Part shown: piece after piece, positions 11,332 to 21,753 of the stretch
How positions within the stretch are numbered: position 1 is the stretch's first letter
Layout of the letters: each line of letters starts with the position of its first letter
NCBI GenBank assembly: GCA_963663385.2
Contig: CAXXXD010000002.1
Location: 480,001 to 544,000 of the forward strand
Direction of reading: 5' to 3'
DNA length: 64,000 nucleotides
Source: Oceanispirochaeta sp.
GTDB taxonomy: Bacteria; Spirochaetota; Spirochaetia; DSM-2461
The notes under the pieces: generated by a model
What the model was told of the DNA's origin: nothing
What the model saw: the letters and a program-made list of their open reading frames with translations, nothing else
The model's database searches: none
Translations under genes and position numbers: made by a program

Positions 11332-11397
11332 ATTTATAAGCCCTTCCTCTGCCTCTCCATTTGCTTATGACAGATAACCCTTGTATTGGATTTTTTA

Positions 11398-12195
11398 TTA
11401 CGCTTCTGTTTCAGAACTGCTCTTTACGATTTCTATTCCGGATGCTTCAAATCTGGCAATTATCTCGGGATCTGCTATCGAATCGGTTATCAGAATATCC
11501 ACATCTTCAATGGAACAAATCCTGCTCAGGGCTGTCTTTCCCAGCTTTGAGTAATCGGCAAGGACAATTATTTTATCAGCGGCTTTCAGCATCTGTTTTT
11601 TTACGGATGACTCGATTATGGTATGATCGCTGAGCCCTGTTTCCGGCGATACCGCTTTGACTGCAAGAAAAAGCAGATCGGCGTGAACCTCCGAGAAAAA
11701 CTGTTCGGCCGGCTGACCAGTCAACGAACGGGATGAAGGGTTGACAATCCCTCCCGGCAGTATCAGGGTAATGTTCTGATTTCCGCTCAGGATATCCGCC
11801 GCTGCCAGAGAAGGGGTTATGACTGTGATGTGTTCCTTCTCCAGAAGTTCCTCTGCCAACTCTACAGTTGTTGTTCCCGAATCCAGTATGATGGTAGAGC
11901 CGCATTTGACAAGCTCCGCAGCCTTTTGGGCGATATGGGATTTACTTTCACGATGAAGGGCCAGGCGGCTGGAAAAAGGAGTCCTGTCATTACTGCGTTC
12001 CAGCAGGGTGGCCCCCCCCTTTATCCTGTAGCAATACCCCATTCTCTCAAGGTCGATTAAATCCCGGCGGATTGTATTTTCCGAGACATCACAGGCTTTA
12101 CTTAATTCGGATACCTTTACAGTTTTCCTCTCTTCCAGTACGGATTTGATTTTATCAAGCCGTTCCGGGTGGAGGAGTTTGTCTTGCGGGTTCAT
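11398..12195 (-). CDS. DeoR/GlpR family transcriptional regulator
   Basis: HTH VSENTIRRDL, DSGTTT, ADYSKLG; start moved to MNPQDKLL (ATG at 12195). Confidence 0.92.
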   Translation of the reverse strand: MNPQDKLLHPERLDKIKSVLEERKTVKVSELSKACDVSENTIRRDLIDLERMGYCYRIKGGATLLERSNDRTPFSSRLALHRESKSHIAQKAAELVKCGSTIILDSGTTTVELAEELLEKEHITVITPSLAAADILSGNQNITLILPGGIVNPSSRSLTGQPAEQFFSEVHADLLFLAVKAVSPETGLSDHTIIESSVKKQMLKAADKIIVLADYSKLGKTALSRICSIEDVDILITDSIADPEIIARFEASGIEIVKSSSETEA

Positions 12196-12270
12196 CCTTC
12201 CAGTATATCCATTGTATCCCGGTTTGGAAACAAACATATTTGCCTTTTTATGATTGAATGTCGTTGAATA

Positions 12271-12305
12271 TGGTGATATATTGTGAAACGCGCAATATAT
12301 CACCA
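12271..12305. promoter_or_regulatory. Perfect 13-bp inverted repeat upstream of the metal ABC operon
   Basis: TGGTGATATATTG-N9-CAATATATCACCA. Confidence 0.55.
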
Positions 12306-12323
12306 CCAGCAGAGGTTAGATAA

Positions 12324-13436
12324 ATGAGAAAATTTTGTACTATCATCGTTTTTTTATCAGCAGTCATTTCGGTTTGGGCCGGAGGACAGGCGGAAGGGGC
12401 CGCTTCCGCGGGCAGCCGTAAGCCGGCAGATACCATTACAGTCACAGACTGTATGGACAGGGATGTTTCTATCCCGGGTAATCCAGAACATTTTGTTGCA
12501 ATCGGCCCGGGTTGTTTGAGGTTGTACTGTTATGTGGGTGATGTAGAAAAGATCGCCGGAATAGAACAGCTGGAAGTGAAGAACGGCCCTGTGGGAAGAC
12601 CTTATATAAAGGCTAATCCTCAGCTGCTGGATCTTCCGGTCATCGGCCCCGGAGGACCGGGGAATGCTCCTGATCCGGAAAAAATCCTGGAGGTTCTTCC
12701 GGATGTAATCTTTACCCTTTATAACTCGGATGCTTCCTCGGTAGAAGAGCTGCAGCATAAAACCGGTATTCCTGTTGTGGCCCTTTCCTATGGAGAAACA
12801 GAAGTATTTGATCCTATGCTGACACATTCCCTAGAACTTATCGGGAAAATTACCGGAAATGAGGCTCGGGCGGAAGAGGTTATCGGTTTCATTGATAGCT
12901 GCAGCAAAGATCTGCAGAGTAGAACGGAAGATATCGCAGCGGCGGATAAACCAGGCATATATTTTGGTGCCATGTCCATGAGGGGCGCTCATGGAATTGA
13001 GAGTACCAGAGGGAATTATTCCCTTTTTCAGGCAGTAAATGCTAAAAATGTTGTTGAAGAAGCGGGAATTAAAACCTATGTGATGCTGGATAAGGAAAAA
13101 CTGCTGGATATGGATCCGGAGATTATTCTTCTGGATGCCGGAGGCCTTGCAAATGTCCGGGAGGATTATTCCGCCAATACCCAGTTTTATAACGGATTAA
13201 GGGCTTTTAAAAACGATCAGGTTTATATGCAGCTTCCCTATAACTACTACTATACCAATATAGATATCGCTCTCTGCGATGCCTATTTTATCGGAACCGT
13301 TCTGTATCCGGACCGGTTTGATGATATGGATATTGCTGAGAAATCAGACGAAATATTTCAGAAGCTTCTGGGGAAAAAGCTCTATTCCCAGGTGGCCTCA
13401 GAGTATTACGGCGGCTATCAGAAACTGACTTTTTAA
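12324..13436 (+). CDS. Iron-siderophore/cobalamin-type ABC substrate-binding protein
   Basis: Signal peptide, TVTDCMDRDVSIP, EKILEVLPDVI (Peripla_BP_2-like). Confidence 0.88.
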   Translation: MRKFCTIIVFLSAVISVWAGGQAEGAASAGSRKPADTITVTDCMDRDVSIPGNPEHFVAIGPGCLRLYCYVGDVEKIAGIEQLEVKNGPVGRPYIKANPQLLDLPVIGPGGPGNAPDPEKILEVLPDVIFTLYNSDASSVEELQHKTGIPVVALSYGETEVFDPMLTHSLELIGKITGNEARAEEVIGFIDSCSKDLQSRTEDIAAADKPGIYFGAMSMRGAHGIESTRGNYSLFQAVNAKNVVEEAGIKTYVMLDKEKLLDMDPEIILLDAGGLANVREDYSANTQFYNGLRAFKNDQVYMQLPYNYYYTNIDIALCDAYFIGTVLYPDRFDDMDIAEKSDEIFQKLLGKKLYSQVASEYYGGYQKLTF

Positions 13437-13455
13437 AATAGGGAAGAGAGAAATC

Positions 13456-14250
13456 ATGACTGAATGGCAGCTGAGAAATACGAATAAAAAGGCCAGTGTC
13501 GATCTGTGGGATTCCATGTCCCGGGGGTTTGAGGAATACAGGCTGCCCACCTTTGAAGACAACCGTTTTCTGAAACTCCTGGCGGATAATGACATGTTTA
13601 GGAAGGACTCTCTTGTCCTGGATGTAGGATGCGGAACCGGAAAATATGCAAATGCCATTGCACCGGTATGCAAAAGAGTGACCGGCATTGACCTGTCTCC
13701 CGCCATGCTTGAAATTGCTGAACGGAAATCCCGGGAGTATTCAGCGGGGAATGTGAACTACATACTGGACGACTGGCATGAACTTGATCTGAAAGAGAAG
13801 GGGCTCTATAAGGAATTCGATCTGGTCTTTGCCCATATGACGCCGGCGGTGCAAAGCTCGGACTCTTTTATGAAACTGGCTCAGGCAAGTAAAGGCTGGT
13901 GTGTCCTGTCAAAACCCACCAGACGTACCGATCCTGTCTCCGATGCGGTTAAAGCCCGTGCCGGTATCAGGGAAAAGCGGGAAAGCAGCGATGACGATAT
14001 TGTTTATGCTTTTGAACTGCTATGGCGGCAGGGGGTTAATCCCCGTTTTGCCTATGAGCAGCAGCACTGGCATTTGGAAAAAACCCTGGAACAGGCCTAT
14101 GCCCTCTATATTAATCGCGTTAAAACCTACCGGGATCTCTCTTCTGATGAAGAGGAGAATTTGAAAGAGTATCTTCAGTCAATAGCAAAAAATGGTCTGA
14201 TTACTGAGGATATCGAAACCACAATCACAACAATCTATTGGCATGTGTAA
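13456..14250 (+). CDS. Class I SAM-dependent methyltransferase
   Basis: VLDVGCGTG motif I, GIDLSPAML. Confidence 0.9.
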   Translation: MTEWQLRNTNKKASVDLWDSMSRGFEEYRLPTFEDNRFLKLLADNDMFRKDSLVLDVGCGTGKYANAIAPVCKRVTGIDLSPAMLEIAERKSREYSAGNVNYILDDWHELDLKEKGLYKEFDLVFAHMTPAVQSSDSFMKLAQASKGWCVLSKPTRRTDPVSDAVKARAGIREKRESSDDDIVYAFELLWRQGVNPRFAYEQQHWHLEKTLEQAYALYINRVKTYRDLSSDEEENLKEYLQSIAKNGLITEDIETTITTIYWHV

Positions 14251-15343
14251 AATGACAGTGCAGTCGGAACTGAAACAGAAAAACGGAATAGCAGGCTATC
14301 ATAATTTTATAAAGAGGAAATGGCTGATTCTGCTGCTCCTTGCAGCCGGGGTCTTTGTTATCTCTGTCTTTTCCGTAAATGCGGGGTCCTCCTCCATCGA
14401 TACATGGGAAGTTATTAAAGCTTTTGCAGGGATGGGCAGCGAAAAGGCGTCCATTGTAATCTGGCGAATACGTATGCCGAGAGTGATAACTGCGATAATT
14501 GCCGGTGCCGGACTGTCGGTAGCCGGTTGTGTAATGCAGAATAATTTAAAAAATCCCCTGGCTTCTCCGTCGACCCTTGGCGTTTCAAATGCGGCGGCTT
14601 TTGGCGCCAACCTCGCTATCATTGTTCTGGGGGCGGGGACTGTAATGAATACAGCCGGAGATGCGGTAGCCATCAATAATCCTTATATGGTCACTATATG
14701 GTCATTCGCCTGTGCCATGGGCGCCACGCTGATTATCCTCGCCCTTGGTAAAATCAGAGGGTTTTCGCCTGAAGCGATTGTACTGGCAGGGGTTGCTCTG
14801 GGATCCCTTTTTTCTGCGGGAACTACCCTTATGCAGTACTTTGCACCCGATATCAAGATTGCCGCGGCTATATTCTGGACATTCGGGGATCTGGGAAGAG
14901 TCTCCTGGAACGAAGTTTTTATTATACTGGCAGTGGTTTGTCTGTCGTCTTTTTATTTTTTTATAAAGAGGTGGGACTATAACGCCATGGATAATGGAGA
15001 AGAAGCGGCAAAAAGTCTGGGGGTCAATACAGAAAGGCTTCGTTTCTTCGGTCTGCTGACGGCTTCTCTCGTTACAGCTGTCAGTGTATCATTTCTTGGT
15101 ATAATCGGATTTATCGGACTGGTAGGGCCTCAGATTATGCGACGGATACTAGGGGCGGACCACCGGTTTCTGATTCCTGCGTCCATGCTGTCGGGAGCTG
15201 TTCTGCTTCTTGTTTCCGATACTCTGGCACGAACCGTTATCTCTCCAGTGGTACTGCCGGTGGGGGCGATTACATCCCTATTGGGGGCGCCGTTATTTAT
15301 TTATCTGCTAATAAGAGGCATGAAAGGAAAAATGAGAAAATGA
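14243..15343 (+). CDS. FecCD/BtuC family ABC permease
   Basis: RMPRV, NPLASPSTLGVS, GIIGFIGLVGP motifs. Confidence 0.93.
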   Translation: MCKMTVQSELKQKNGIAGYHNFIKRKWLILLLLAAGVFVISVFSVNAGSSSIDTWEVIKAFAGMGSEKASIVIWRIRMPRVITAIIAGAGLSVAGCVMQNNLKNPLASPSTLGVSNAAAFGANLAIIVLGAGTVMNTAGDAVAINNPYMVTIWSFACAMGATLIILALGKIRGFSPEAIVLAGVALGSLFSAGTTLMQYFAPDIKIAAAIFWTFGDLGRVSWNEVFIILAVVCLSSFYFFIKRWDYNAMDNGEEAAKSLGVNTERLRFFGLLTASLVTAVSVSFLGIIGFIGLVGPQIMRRILGADHRFLIPASMLSGAVLLLVSDTLARTVISPVVLPVGAITSLLGAPLFIYLLIRGMKGKMRK

Positions 15344-16092
15344 GTTTAGCTGTTGATTCCTTATCATTTCAATACCCTTCCCACGATGTTCTGAACGATA
15401 TCTCCTTCTCCCTGGGAAAAGGGGAATGTCTGGCTATCCTCGGAACAAACGGGGTCGGGAAGTCCACACTGCTGAAGTGTATAAACCGCATCCTTAAACA
15501 GAAAAGAGGAAAAGTCGTTGTTATGGGAGAGAACGTCAGTTCTCTCAACGGGAATGAGCTGGCCAAAAGAATCGGTTATGTATCGCAGGATCATCACTGT
15601 TCCTTAAGTACGGTGTTTGATGCTGTTCTGCTGGGAAGAAAGCCCTATATCAAATGGGATGTTACCGAAGAAGACCTGGAGATCGTTCATGACGTTATGA
15701 AATCCCTTGGTCTGGAAGAGTATGCGCTCCGCTATGTTGATGAATTAAGCGGCGGGGAAGCCCAGAAAGTGAGTATTGCCCGGGCTCTAGCCCAGCAGTC
15801 GGATGTTCTTATGTTCGATGAGCCTACCAGTAACCTTGATTTGAAAAATCAGCTTGAGGTGACAGGCATAATTAAGAATATTGTAAAAAAAAGGCAGATA
15901 TCCGCAATTGTAACCATGCATGATCTGAATATGGCTCTCCGTTTTGCCGACAGGTTTATTCTGATGAGAAACGGGGAGATCTTTGCCATGGGGGATTCGA
16001 GCGTTATAACGACAGAAAATATCCTTGATGTTTATGGCGTTCCCGTTGAGATCCGGACCCACCGGGATCTGCCCCTTGTAATCCCGGTCTGA
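15340..16092 (+). CDS. ABC ATP-binding protein (FecE/BtuD-like)
   Basis: GTNGVGKST, LSGGE, DEPT, MHDLN. Confidence 0.95.
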   Translation: MSLAVDSLSFQYPSHDVLNDISFSLGKGECLAILGTNGVGKSTLLKCINRILKQKRGKVVVMGENVSSLNGNELAKRIGYVSQDHHCSLSTVFDAVLLGRKPYIKWDVTEEDLEIVHDVMKSLGLEEYALRYVDELSGGEAQKVSIARALAQQSDVLMFDEPTSNLDLKNQLEVTGIIKNIVKKRQISAIVTMHDLNMALRFADRFILMRNGEIFAMGDSSVITTENILDVYGVPVEIRTHRDLPLVIPV

Positions 16093-16124
16093 GCCGGAAC
16101 CAGAATTCATTAGGGAGGAAAGAA

Positions 16125-16652
16125 ATGAAAAAAGAACTTTGGGATAAATCAGTGGCTTTTCACGGGCATGAGTGCCCCGGTCTGGCGATCGGAGTCAAGG
16201 CCTGCGAAGCGGCTTTTGAAAAAATGGGTATAGGTGTTTCGAATGATGAAGAGATCGTATGCATAACAGAAAATGATGCCTGCGGAGTAGATGCCATACA
16301 GGCACTATTAAGCTGTACCATGGGAAAGGGAAATCTGATCTACAGAGGTACTGGAAAACAGGCCTTTTCGTTCTTTAACCGTTCTAATGGTGAAAAATTA
16401 AGGGTTTGTCTTAAGGCCGGCAACCGGGAAGGGCTTGATCGGGATGAATGGAAGGAATACCTTTTGAGTGCCCCGGTAGATGACATATTCAGCTTTTCCG
16501 AACCCGGATATGATCTGCCCGAAAACGCCAGGATTTTCACTACCCTTATTTGTGATATCTGCGGCGAGGGAGCTCCCGAGCACAAGATGCATCTCCAGGA
16601 AGGGAAAACAGTTTGCCTGGACTGCTTCAACGCTTATGACCGGGGATGGTAA
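16125..16652 (+). CDS. FmdE family protein with C-terminal zinc finger
   Basis: FHGHECPGLAIG, CGVDAIQ, CDICGE...CLDC. Confidence 0.9.
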   Translation: MKKELWDKSVAFHGHECPGLAIGVKACEAAFEKMGIGVSNDEEIVCITENDACGVDAIQALLSCTMGKGNLIYRGTGKQAFSFFNRSNGEKLRVCLKAGNREGLDRDEWKEYLLSAPVDDIFSFSEPGYDLPENARIFTTLICDICGEGAPEHKMHLQEGKTVCLDCFNAYDRGW

Positions 16653-16824
16653 AAAAGCCGGGATGGAAGATTTCAGAAGACCGGACGGCTCCCGTCGATA
16701 AGCAGAAGAAGGGAGCCGTTCAGGCCGCTTTCCTTTTCGTCAATCTTCTTCTGACCCCTTCCCGGTATGTGGGAATCCTCATCTCCTCTTTCACTGGCCG
16801 CATACTTATGTTACAATCTGCAGT

Positions 16825-17265
16825 ATGACCCAGGTATTAACTGCCGCTGTTGCAGGAGTCGTTCTGCTGGCGGGGATAACATATTTTTTAAGAAAACGTA
16901 TTAATATTCGCCGGAAAAAGAGAAATGATCTCTCTTTGAATGAAAATCTGCAGAAACTGATAAGTCAGGATCAGTTTGAATACTACCTGATTGATGTCCG
17001 TTCCGAGAACGAATACCGTAAGGGACACATCCCTACGGCTGTCAATGTTCCTTATGGAAGCCTCAATACATACCTCCCCTCGGATAATCTGTTTTCCAAT
17101 ATGATTGTATATGGCCGTTCCCCTCTTCAGTCTGCCCGGGCGGCTGCTGTTCTTGAAAATTCCGGTTACTTCAATGTAACCAATTTCGGTCCCTTCTTCA
17201 GTTGGCGTGGAGACGTTACCAGGCTGGAAAGCTGGAAGAAAGACGTCCGCAAAAAAACCAGCTGA
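16825..17265 (+). CDS. Membrane-anchored rhodanese-like protein
   Basis: N-terminal TM; IDVRSENEYRKGHIPTA; no active-site Cys (YGRS instead of YCRS). Confidence 0.8.
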   Translation: MTQVLTAAVAGVVLLAGITYFLRKRINIRRKKRNDLSLNENLQKLISQDQFEYYLIDVRSENEYRKGHIPTAVNVPYGSLNTYLPSDNLFSNMIVYGRSPLQSARAAAVLENSGYFNVTNFGPFFSWRGDVTRLESWKKDVRKKTS

Positions 17266-17412
17266 TCCGTTTTTTAACGAAGAAAACGCTGTATGGACCG
17301 CATCTCCTTGGTCTTTGCAATAAAAAACTGTTCCGGTCCCGTCTCTCTTAGTATATTAAATTCTATTACCATTGAAGTTTTCAGCTGTACAGCAGCTTAA
17401 AGGAGTATAAAC

Positions 17413-20379
17413 ATGTCCTCATCAATATCCTGCCCAGATACATTCTCACTCATTTCTACAGATGACCTGGATGAATACCGCGGCAAAGGTTATCTTTTTG
17501 AACATATAAAAACAGGTTGTCAGATCTATCATGTCCATAATGACGATGAGGAGAATCTGTTCTCCTTCAATTTCCGCACGCCCCCCGCAGACAGTACGGG
17601 GGTCGCTCATATCCTGGAGCATTCCGTGCTCTGCGGATCCCGGAATTTCCCTGTGAAGGATCCTTTTCTATCCATGATGAAGGGGAGTGTCAATACCTTT
17701 CTGAATGCCATGACCTATCCGGATAAAACCCTCTATCCTTCTGCCAGTGTTCTGGAGAAGGACTATTTCAATCTGATGCATGTATACGGAGACGCAGTTT
17801 TCTTTCCTCTGTTAAAGAAGGAGGTTTTCCGTCAGGAGGGACATCGCCTGGAACGGGATGAGAAGGGTAAACTCCGCCGGGTGGGTATTGTCTATAATGA
17901 GATGAAGGGAAACTACTCCTCTCAGGAGGGGATTGCTTCGGAGTGGTCCATCCGCTCCCTTTTTCCCGATAATCCTTATGGTGTGGATTCCGGTGGGGAT
18001 CCCGATTTTATCCCGGCCCTGACCTATGAACAGTTTCTTGAGTTTCATAAGACCTACTATCATCCCTCCAACTGCCGGATTTTCCTTTATGGGAATGTGA
18101 GCCCCCGGAAAAATCTTGAATTTCTGGATGACAGATTCCTGAAGGAGTTTGAAAAACGGGATGTGGATTCCCGGGTTCCCCTTCAGGAAAACTGGACAGC
18201 TCCCCGGGTGTTCGAAACAACCTGGCCGTCCGGCGAGGAGGAAGATGAGGATGGGAAATCTTCCCATTTGCTGAATTGGAAAACTGTTGGACCTGAGGAT
18301 CCCGTCCGCAGTTTGAGTTATTCCATTATGACCGAAATGCTTATGGGAAACAGTGGAGCTCCCCTTCAGAAGATTCTCCATGAATCCGATCTGGGGGATG
18401 ATATCTCTCCGGTCAGCGGGATGGATTTCGATCTGAATGAAGCGGTTTTCTCCATCGGTTTGCGGGGCTCCGATCCGGATAAGAAAGAGGCTTTCAGAGA
18501 GCTGATTTTCTCATCTCTGAAGGAAATTGCAGAAAAAGGGTTTCCGGAAGATCTGAAAGAGAGCTGCATGCGCCTTGTGGAATTCCGGGCCAGAGAGATC
18601 AAGGGGGGGGGACCTTTCGGCCTCCGTCTGCTGAAGAAAGCCCTGAAGGGCTGGAATTATGATCTTCCTCCTGTTCAGACCCTGCGCTTTGATTCTGTCA
18701 TGAAGGAAGTCCGGCGCCGGGCGGAAGAGCCCGGATATTTCGAATCCCTGCTGAAAGAGGGGATTCTGAATAATCCCCACTACTCCCTGGTTACAGTAAA
18801 ACCGGATCCTGAAAGTCGCAATAAACAGGAAGAGGCCCTCCGGAAGGAAATGGCTGCCATTGAGGCATCCTTATCAGAAGAGGATGAGGCTAATCTCAAG
18901 CAGGAAAATGCTGCTCTTAAAACTTTTCAGGAGAAGGTTGATACCCCGGAAGAGCGGCAGACAATCCCCACCCTGAGCAGGGATGATATACCCCGTACCA
19001 TTCAGAAGATCCCCTATCATTTAAGTGATGAGAAGGGAATTAAAGTTCTGAGACAGGGGATTTTCACCAATGGTATCCTCTATTCTGATCTGGCTTTTGA
19101 TCTTTCCGGAGTGGATGAGGATCTCTACCCGTATCTGCCACTTTTCTGCCGCGCCCTGTCCGGAACCGGTCTGCCCGGTATCCCCTATGATGTGGTTACC
19201 CGGGATTTAGCTCTTAAAACCGGCGGTTTCGGGGCGTCTCTGGAAGCGTCCTGTTCCCTCTCCGGTTCCTCCCCCGATCGTTACCTTTATGTACGCCTCA
19301 AAATGCTGGAAGAACAGAGTGCCGAAGCTCTGGAGCTGGCGGGGAAACTGCTTCTGCAGGCGGATTTTGATAATACGGCCCGTCTGGATCAGATTATGAC
19401 GGAGATGCGGAACGATATGAAAGCATCCCTGATCCCCGGAGGGCACTCCTATGTCTCCCTGAGAACAAACCGGGCTCTGTCAAAAGCCTCGGCTCTGGAG
19501 GATGACTGGTTCGGGATCTCCCAGCTTCAGTTCCTGAATGAACTGACGGCAAAAAAAGATAAGCCATTCCTCTTGAAACTTTCATCCCTTATGAAGCAGA
19601 TCCGGAAGGAAGTCTTCAACGCTGAAGGGCTGGTTATAAGCCTGACAATGGATGAATCGGTTATGAACCGCCATAGCCCTGAAATTCTGAACTACTGGCA
19701 GGAGATTTTACCTGTTTCCCCGGAAAAAGGAGAAGGTCTGAATCAGGGGATGCCCCGGATAGACCGGTCTCTATCAGAAGCGGATAATCAGGGAGAAGGT
19801 CTGGCTATCCCGGCTTTGATCGGATTTGTGGGAGCCTCCCTGCGGGGAACCCGTCTGGGGACTGCGGAACACTCGGCCCAGATCCTTCTGAGCCATATGC
19901 TGAAAACAGGTCCTCTCTGGGAGAAAATAAGGATGAAGGGCGGTGCTTACGGGGCATTTTCCTCTCTCTCCGGATTGGAGGAAACCTTTTCGTTTGCCAC
20001 TTACCGGGATCCCCGGATTGAGGATTCTCTGGATGCCTTCAGAGAAAGCCTCGGAGAGTATGTGAATTTTTCAAATCCGGAGGAGCTGGAAAAATCCCTG
20101 ATCAGTGTGATCGGCAAGGAGCTGCGGCCTCTCTCCCCCTCCGAGAAAGGTATGATCTCTTTAAAGCGGTACCTCTACGGGATCAGTGACGAACTGCGTC
20201 AGAAAAAGCGGGATCAGCTTATGAATCTGACTGAATCACAGATTTCTGAAGCGGCGGGGAGCCTGCTCCGGCTCTGGGAGAAGGCTGTCGTCGTTGTTAT
20301 GGCTCACCCCGATCAGCTCGACCGGGCTTCAAAGAGATGGCCCGGTTTAAAAGACCGGAGGATTGACCTTTCGAAGTAG
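17413..20379 (+). CDS. M16C insulinase-family (presequence protease-like) metallopeptidase
   Basis: HILEH..LCGS inverted zinc motif, NAMTYPDKT, IRMKGGAYG. Confidence 0.93.
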   Translation: MSSSISCPDTFSLISTDDLDEYRGKGYLFEHIKTGCQIYHVHNDDEENLFSFNFRTPPADSTGVAHILEHSVLCGSRNFPVKDPFLSMMKGSVNTFLNAMTYPDKTLYPSASVLEKDYFNLMHVYGDAVFFPLLKKEVFRQEGHRLERDEKGKLRRVGIVYNEMKGNYSSQEGIASEWSIRSLFPDNPYGVDSGGDPDFIPALTYEQFLEFHKTYYHPSNCRIFLYGNVSPRKNLEFLDDRFLKEFEKRDVDSRVPLQENWTAPRVFETTWPSGEEEDEDGKSSHLLNWKTVGPEDPVRSLSYSIMTEMLMGNSGAPLQKILHESDLGDDISPVSGMDFDLNEAVFSIGLRGSDPDKKEAFRELIFSSLKEIAEKGFPEDLKESCMRLVEFRAREIKGGGPFGLRLLKKALKGWNYDLPPVQTLRFDSVMKEVRRRAEEPGYFESLLKEGILNNPHYSLVTVKPDPESRNKQEEALRKEMAAIEASLSEEDEANLKQENAALKTFQEKVDTPEERQTIPTLSRDDIPRTIQKIPYHLSDEKGIKVLRQGIFTNGILYSDLAFDLSGVDEDLYPYLPLFCRALSGTGLPGIPYDVVTRDLALKTGGFGASLEASCSLSGSSPDRYLYVRLKMLEEQSAEALELAGKLLLQADFDNTARLDQIMTEMRNDMKASLIPGGHSYVSLRTNRALSKASALEDDWFGISQLQFLNELTAKKDKPFLLKLSSLMKQIRKEVFNAEGLVISLTMDESVMNRHSPEILNYWQEILPVSPEKGEGLNQGMPRIDRSLSEADNQGEGLAIPALIGFVGASLRGTRLGTAEHSAQILLSHMLKTGPLWEKIRMKGGAYGAFSSLSGLEETFSFATYRDPRIEDSLDAFRESLGEYVNFSNPEELEKSLISVIGKELRPLSPSEKGMISLKRYLYGISDELRQKKRDQLMNLTESQISEAAGSLLRLWEKAVVVVMAHPDQLDRASKRWPGLKDRRIDLSK

Positions 20380-21604
20380 TTCTGTTCCGTGTAATCAGGG
20401 GGAGCCCTGCCAGCTGCAGAAGCAGCAGAGGCAGGAAGAGGAATACGGTTCTTTCATTCCCCTGGTGAAACCCGGGCAGCAGGTTTATCAGGATCATCCC
20501 GATAAACAGAAGAGCTTGAATCTGCCAGAATCGAACCAGTATTTTTATCCGGCGGGGATTGTTCCTTTTGGGAAAGAGAAAAATCAGCACCAGATAAAAT
20601 GGATGGATAACCATCAGGTTCAGGTTTTCACTGGCCACCTGGTGGTTGGTGAACAGACTGATGAAGAAGGTCAGCCCTCCTGTTACGGAGAAAACTGTCA
20701 GGAACAGGGTCAGGAGTATTCGGCAGGTGTTTCCGGGGCCGTTTTTCCGTGACAGGGCTCCCGCCTGCAGAAGCAGAAGACATATACCGCTTATCAGGCC
20801 GTAAACCAGAGCCATTTTTATATTGGAAGGGGCGGTATCGGGTACGGCTTCCCGTCCTTCGGCTTTAACCCTGTATTCCGTATTCCGCACCAGAGCTTCC
20901 GTTCCGTTCTCTGTCTCTATGGTCAGTTTGCCAACCTGAATCATCAGTTCATCCGGCAGGAACATGGTATCCCAAACCGTTATATCCCTGTCTATTGTCC
21001 GCCCCTGAAGAAAGGAGAGAAGCCAGTCGGCCCACCAGCTGTGGCTGCTGTACCGGCGGAAACTCTCCCGGAAACTGGTTCCGGCCGACATCATGGTTGC
21101 TTCTTTCAGCTGCCCTCCTGTTGCTGTATCGATAAGATCCCTGATGCGGGTGGAACAGTTATCCAGGTAATGATGGTAGAGGTAGGTATTATTGCCGGGA
21201 GAAACCTTCCATTCCAGATACTGAGCCATATCTGCAATGGCTCTCTGGGACAGGTTGAGGGCCTGAATGGTTACATCCCTGTTTTCGTTTGCTATGTAAT
21301 TGAGATAGGCACGGGCTGAGACTCCCACTGAGGAGTATATAAGTCTTCCCATGGCAAAATTTCTGTAAAAATGGTCTGACTTGAAAGAAAAATTCCCGAA
21401 GTCATAGAACCGTGCTTTGCTGTTTGCCGTATATTCCAGAATCAAACCCGTATGTCCAAACCATATATAAAGTGGATCCCCCGGGCCAACGGTCACAAGG
21501 TAGCAATTCCAGGTCCCCTCCGGGGAATCTGCATTGGACTGTGTCGAAAGGGGCATTATAAGAATGAAAAGAATAACGGGGATAAGGATTTTTTTTTGAT
21601 ACAA
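20297..21604 (-). CDS. DUF4105/Lnb-like membrane protein (putative lipoprotein N-acyltransferase)
   Basis: GPG..Y..FGHT, YDFGNF, YHHYLDNCSTRIRD, FLP motifs plus C-terminal TM helices. Confidence 0.8.
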   Translation of the reverse strand: MYQKKILIPVILFILIMPLSTQSNADSPEGTWNCYLVTVGPGDPLYIWFGHTGLILEYTANSKARFYDFGNFSFKSDHFYRNFAMGRLIYSSVGVSARAYLNYIANENRDVTIQALNLSQRAIADMAQYLEWKVSPGNNTYLYHHYLDNCSTRIRDLIDTATGGQLKEATMMSAGTSFRESFRRYSSHSWWADWLLSFLQGRTIDRDITVWDTMFLPDELMIQVGKLTIETENGTEALVRNTEYRVKAEGREAVPDTAPSNIKMALVYGLISGICLLLLQAGALSRKNGPGNTCRILLTLFLTVFSVTGGLTFFISLFTNHQVASENLNLMVIHPFYLVLIFLFPKRNNPRRIKILVRFWQIQALLFIGMILINLLPGFHQGNERTVFLFLPLLLLQLAGLPLITRNRTTSKGQSSGLLNRAISLKPGRADRGEP

Positions 21605-21753
21605 AAAATACCTCCATGTAGTAAATAGCCCAAAATACGGGATAATATTAATCGATGACGGTTAATTTTTCTACCCTATTGATTTTTTCTATTTATTTCT
21701 TATAAAGAATTGTGATAGAATGGGCCTCAACAAATAGGCATAAGGAGCAATTT

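Noticed and set aside
12196..12306. ORF-track 5' extension of the DeoR regulator
   Set aside because: Runs through the divergent promoter region; the DeoR domain starts near MNPQDKLL
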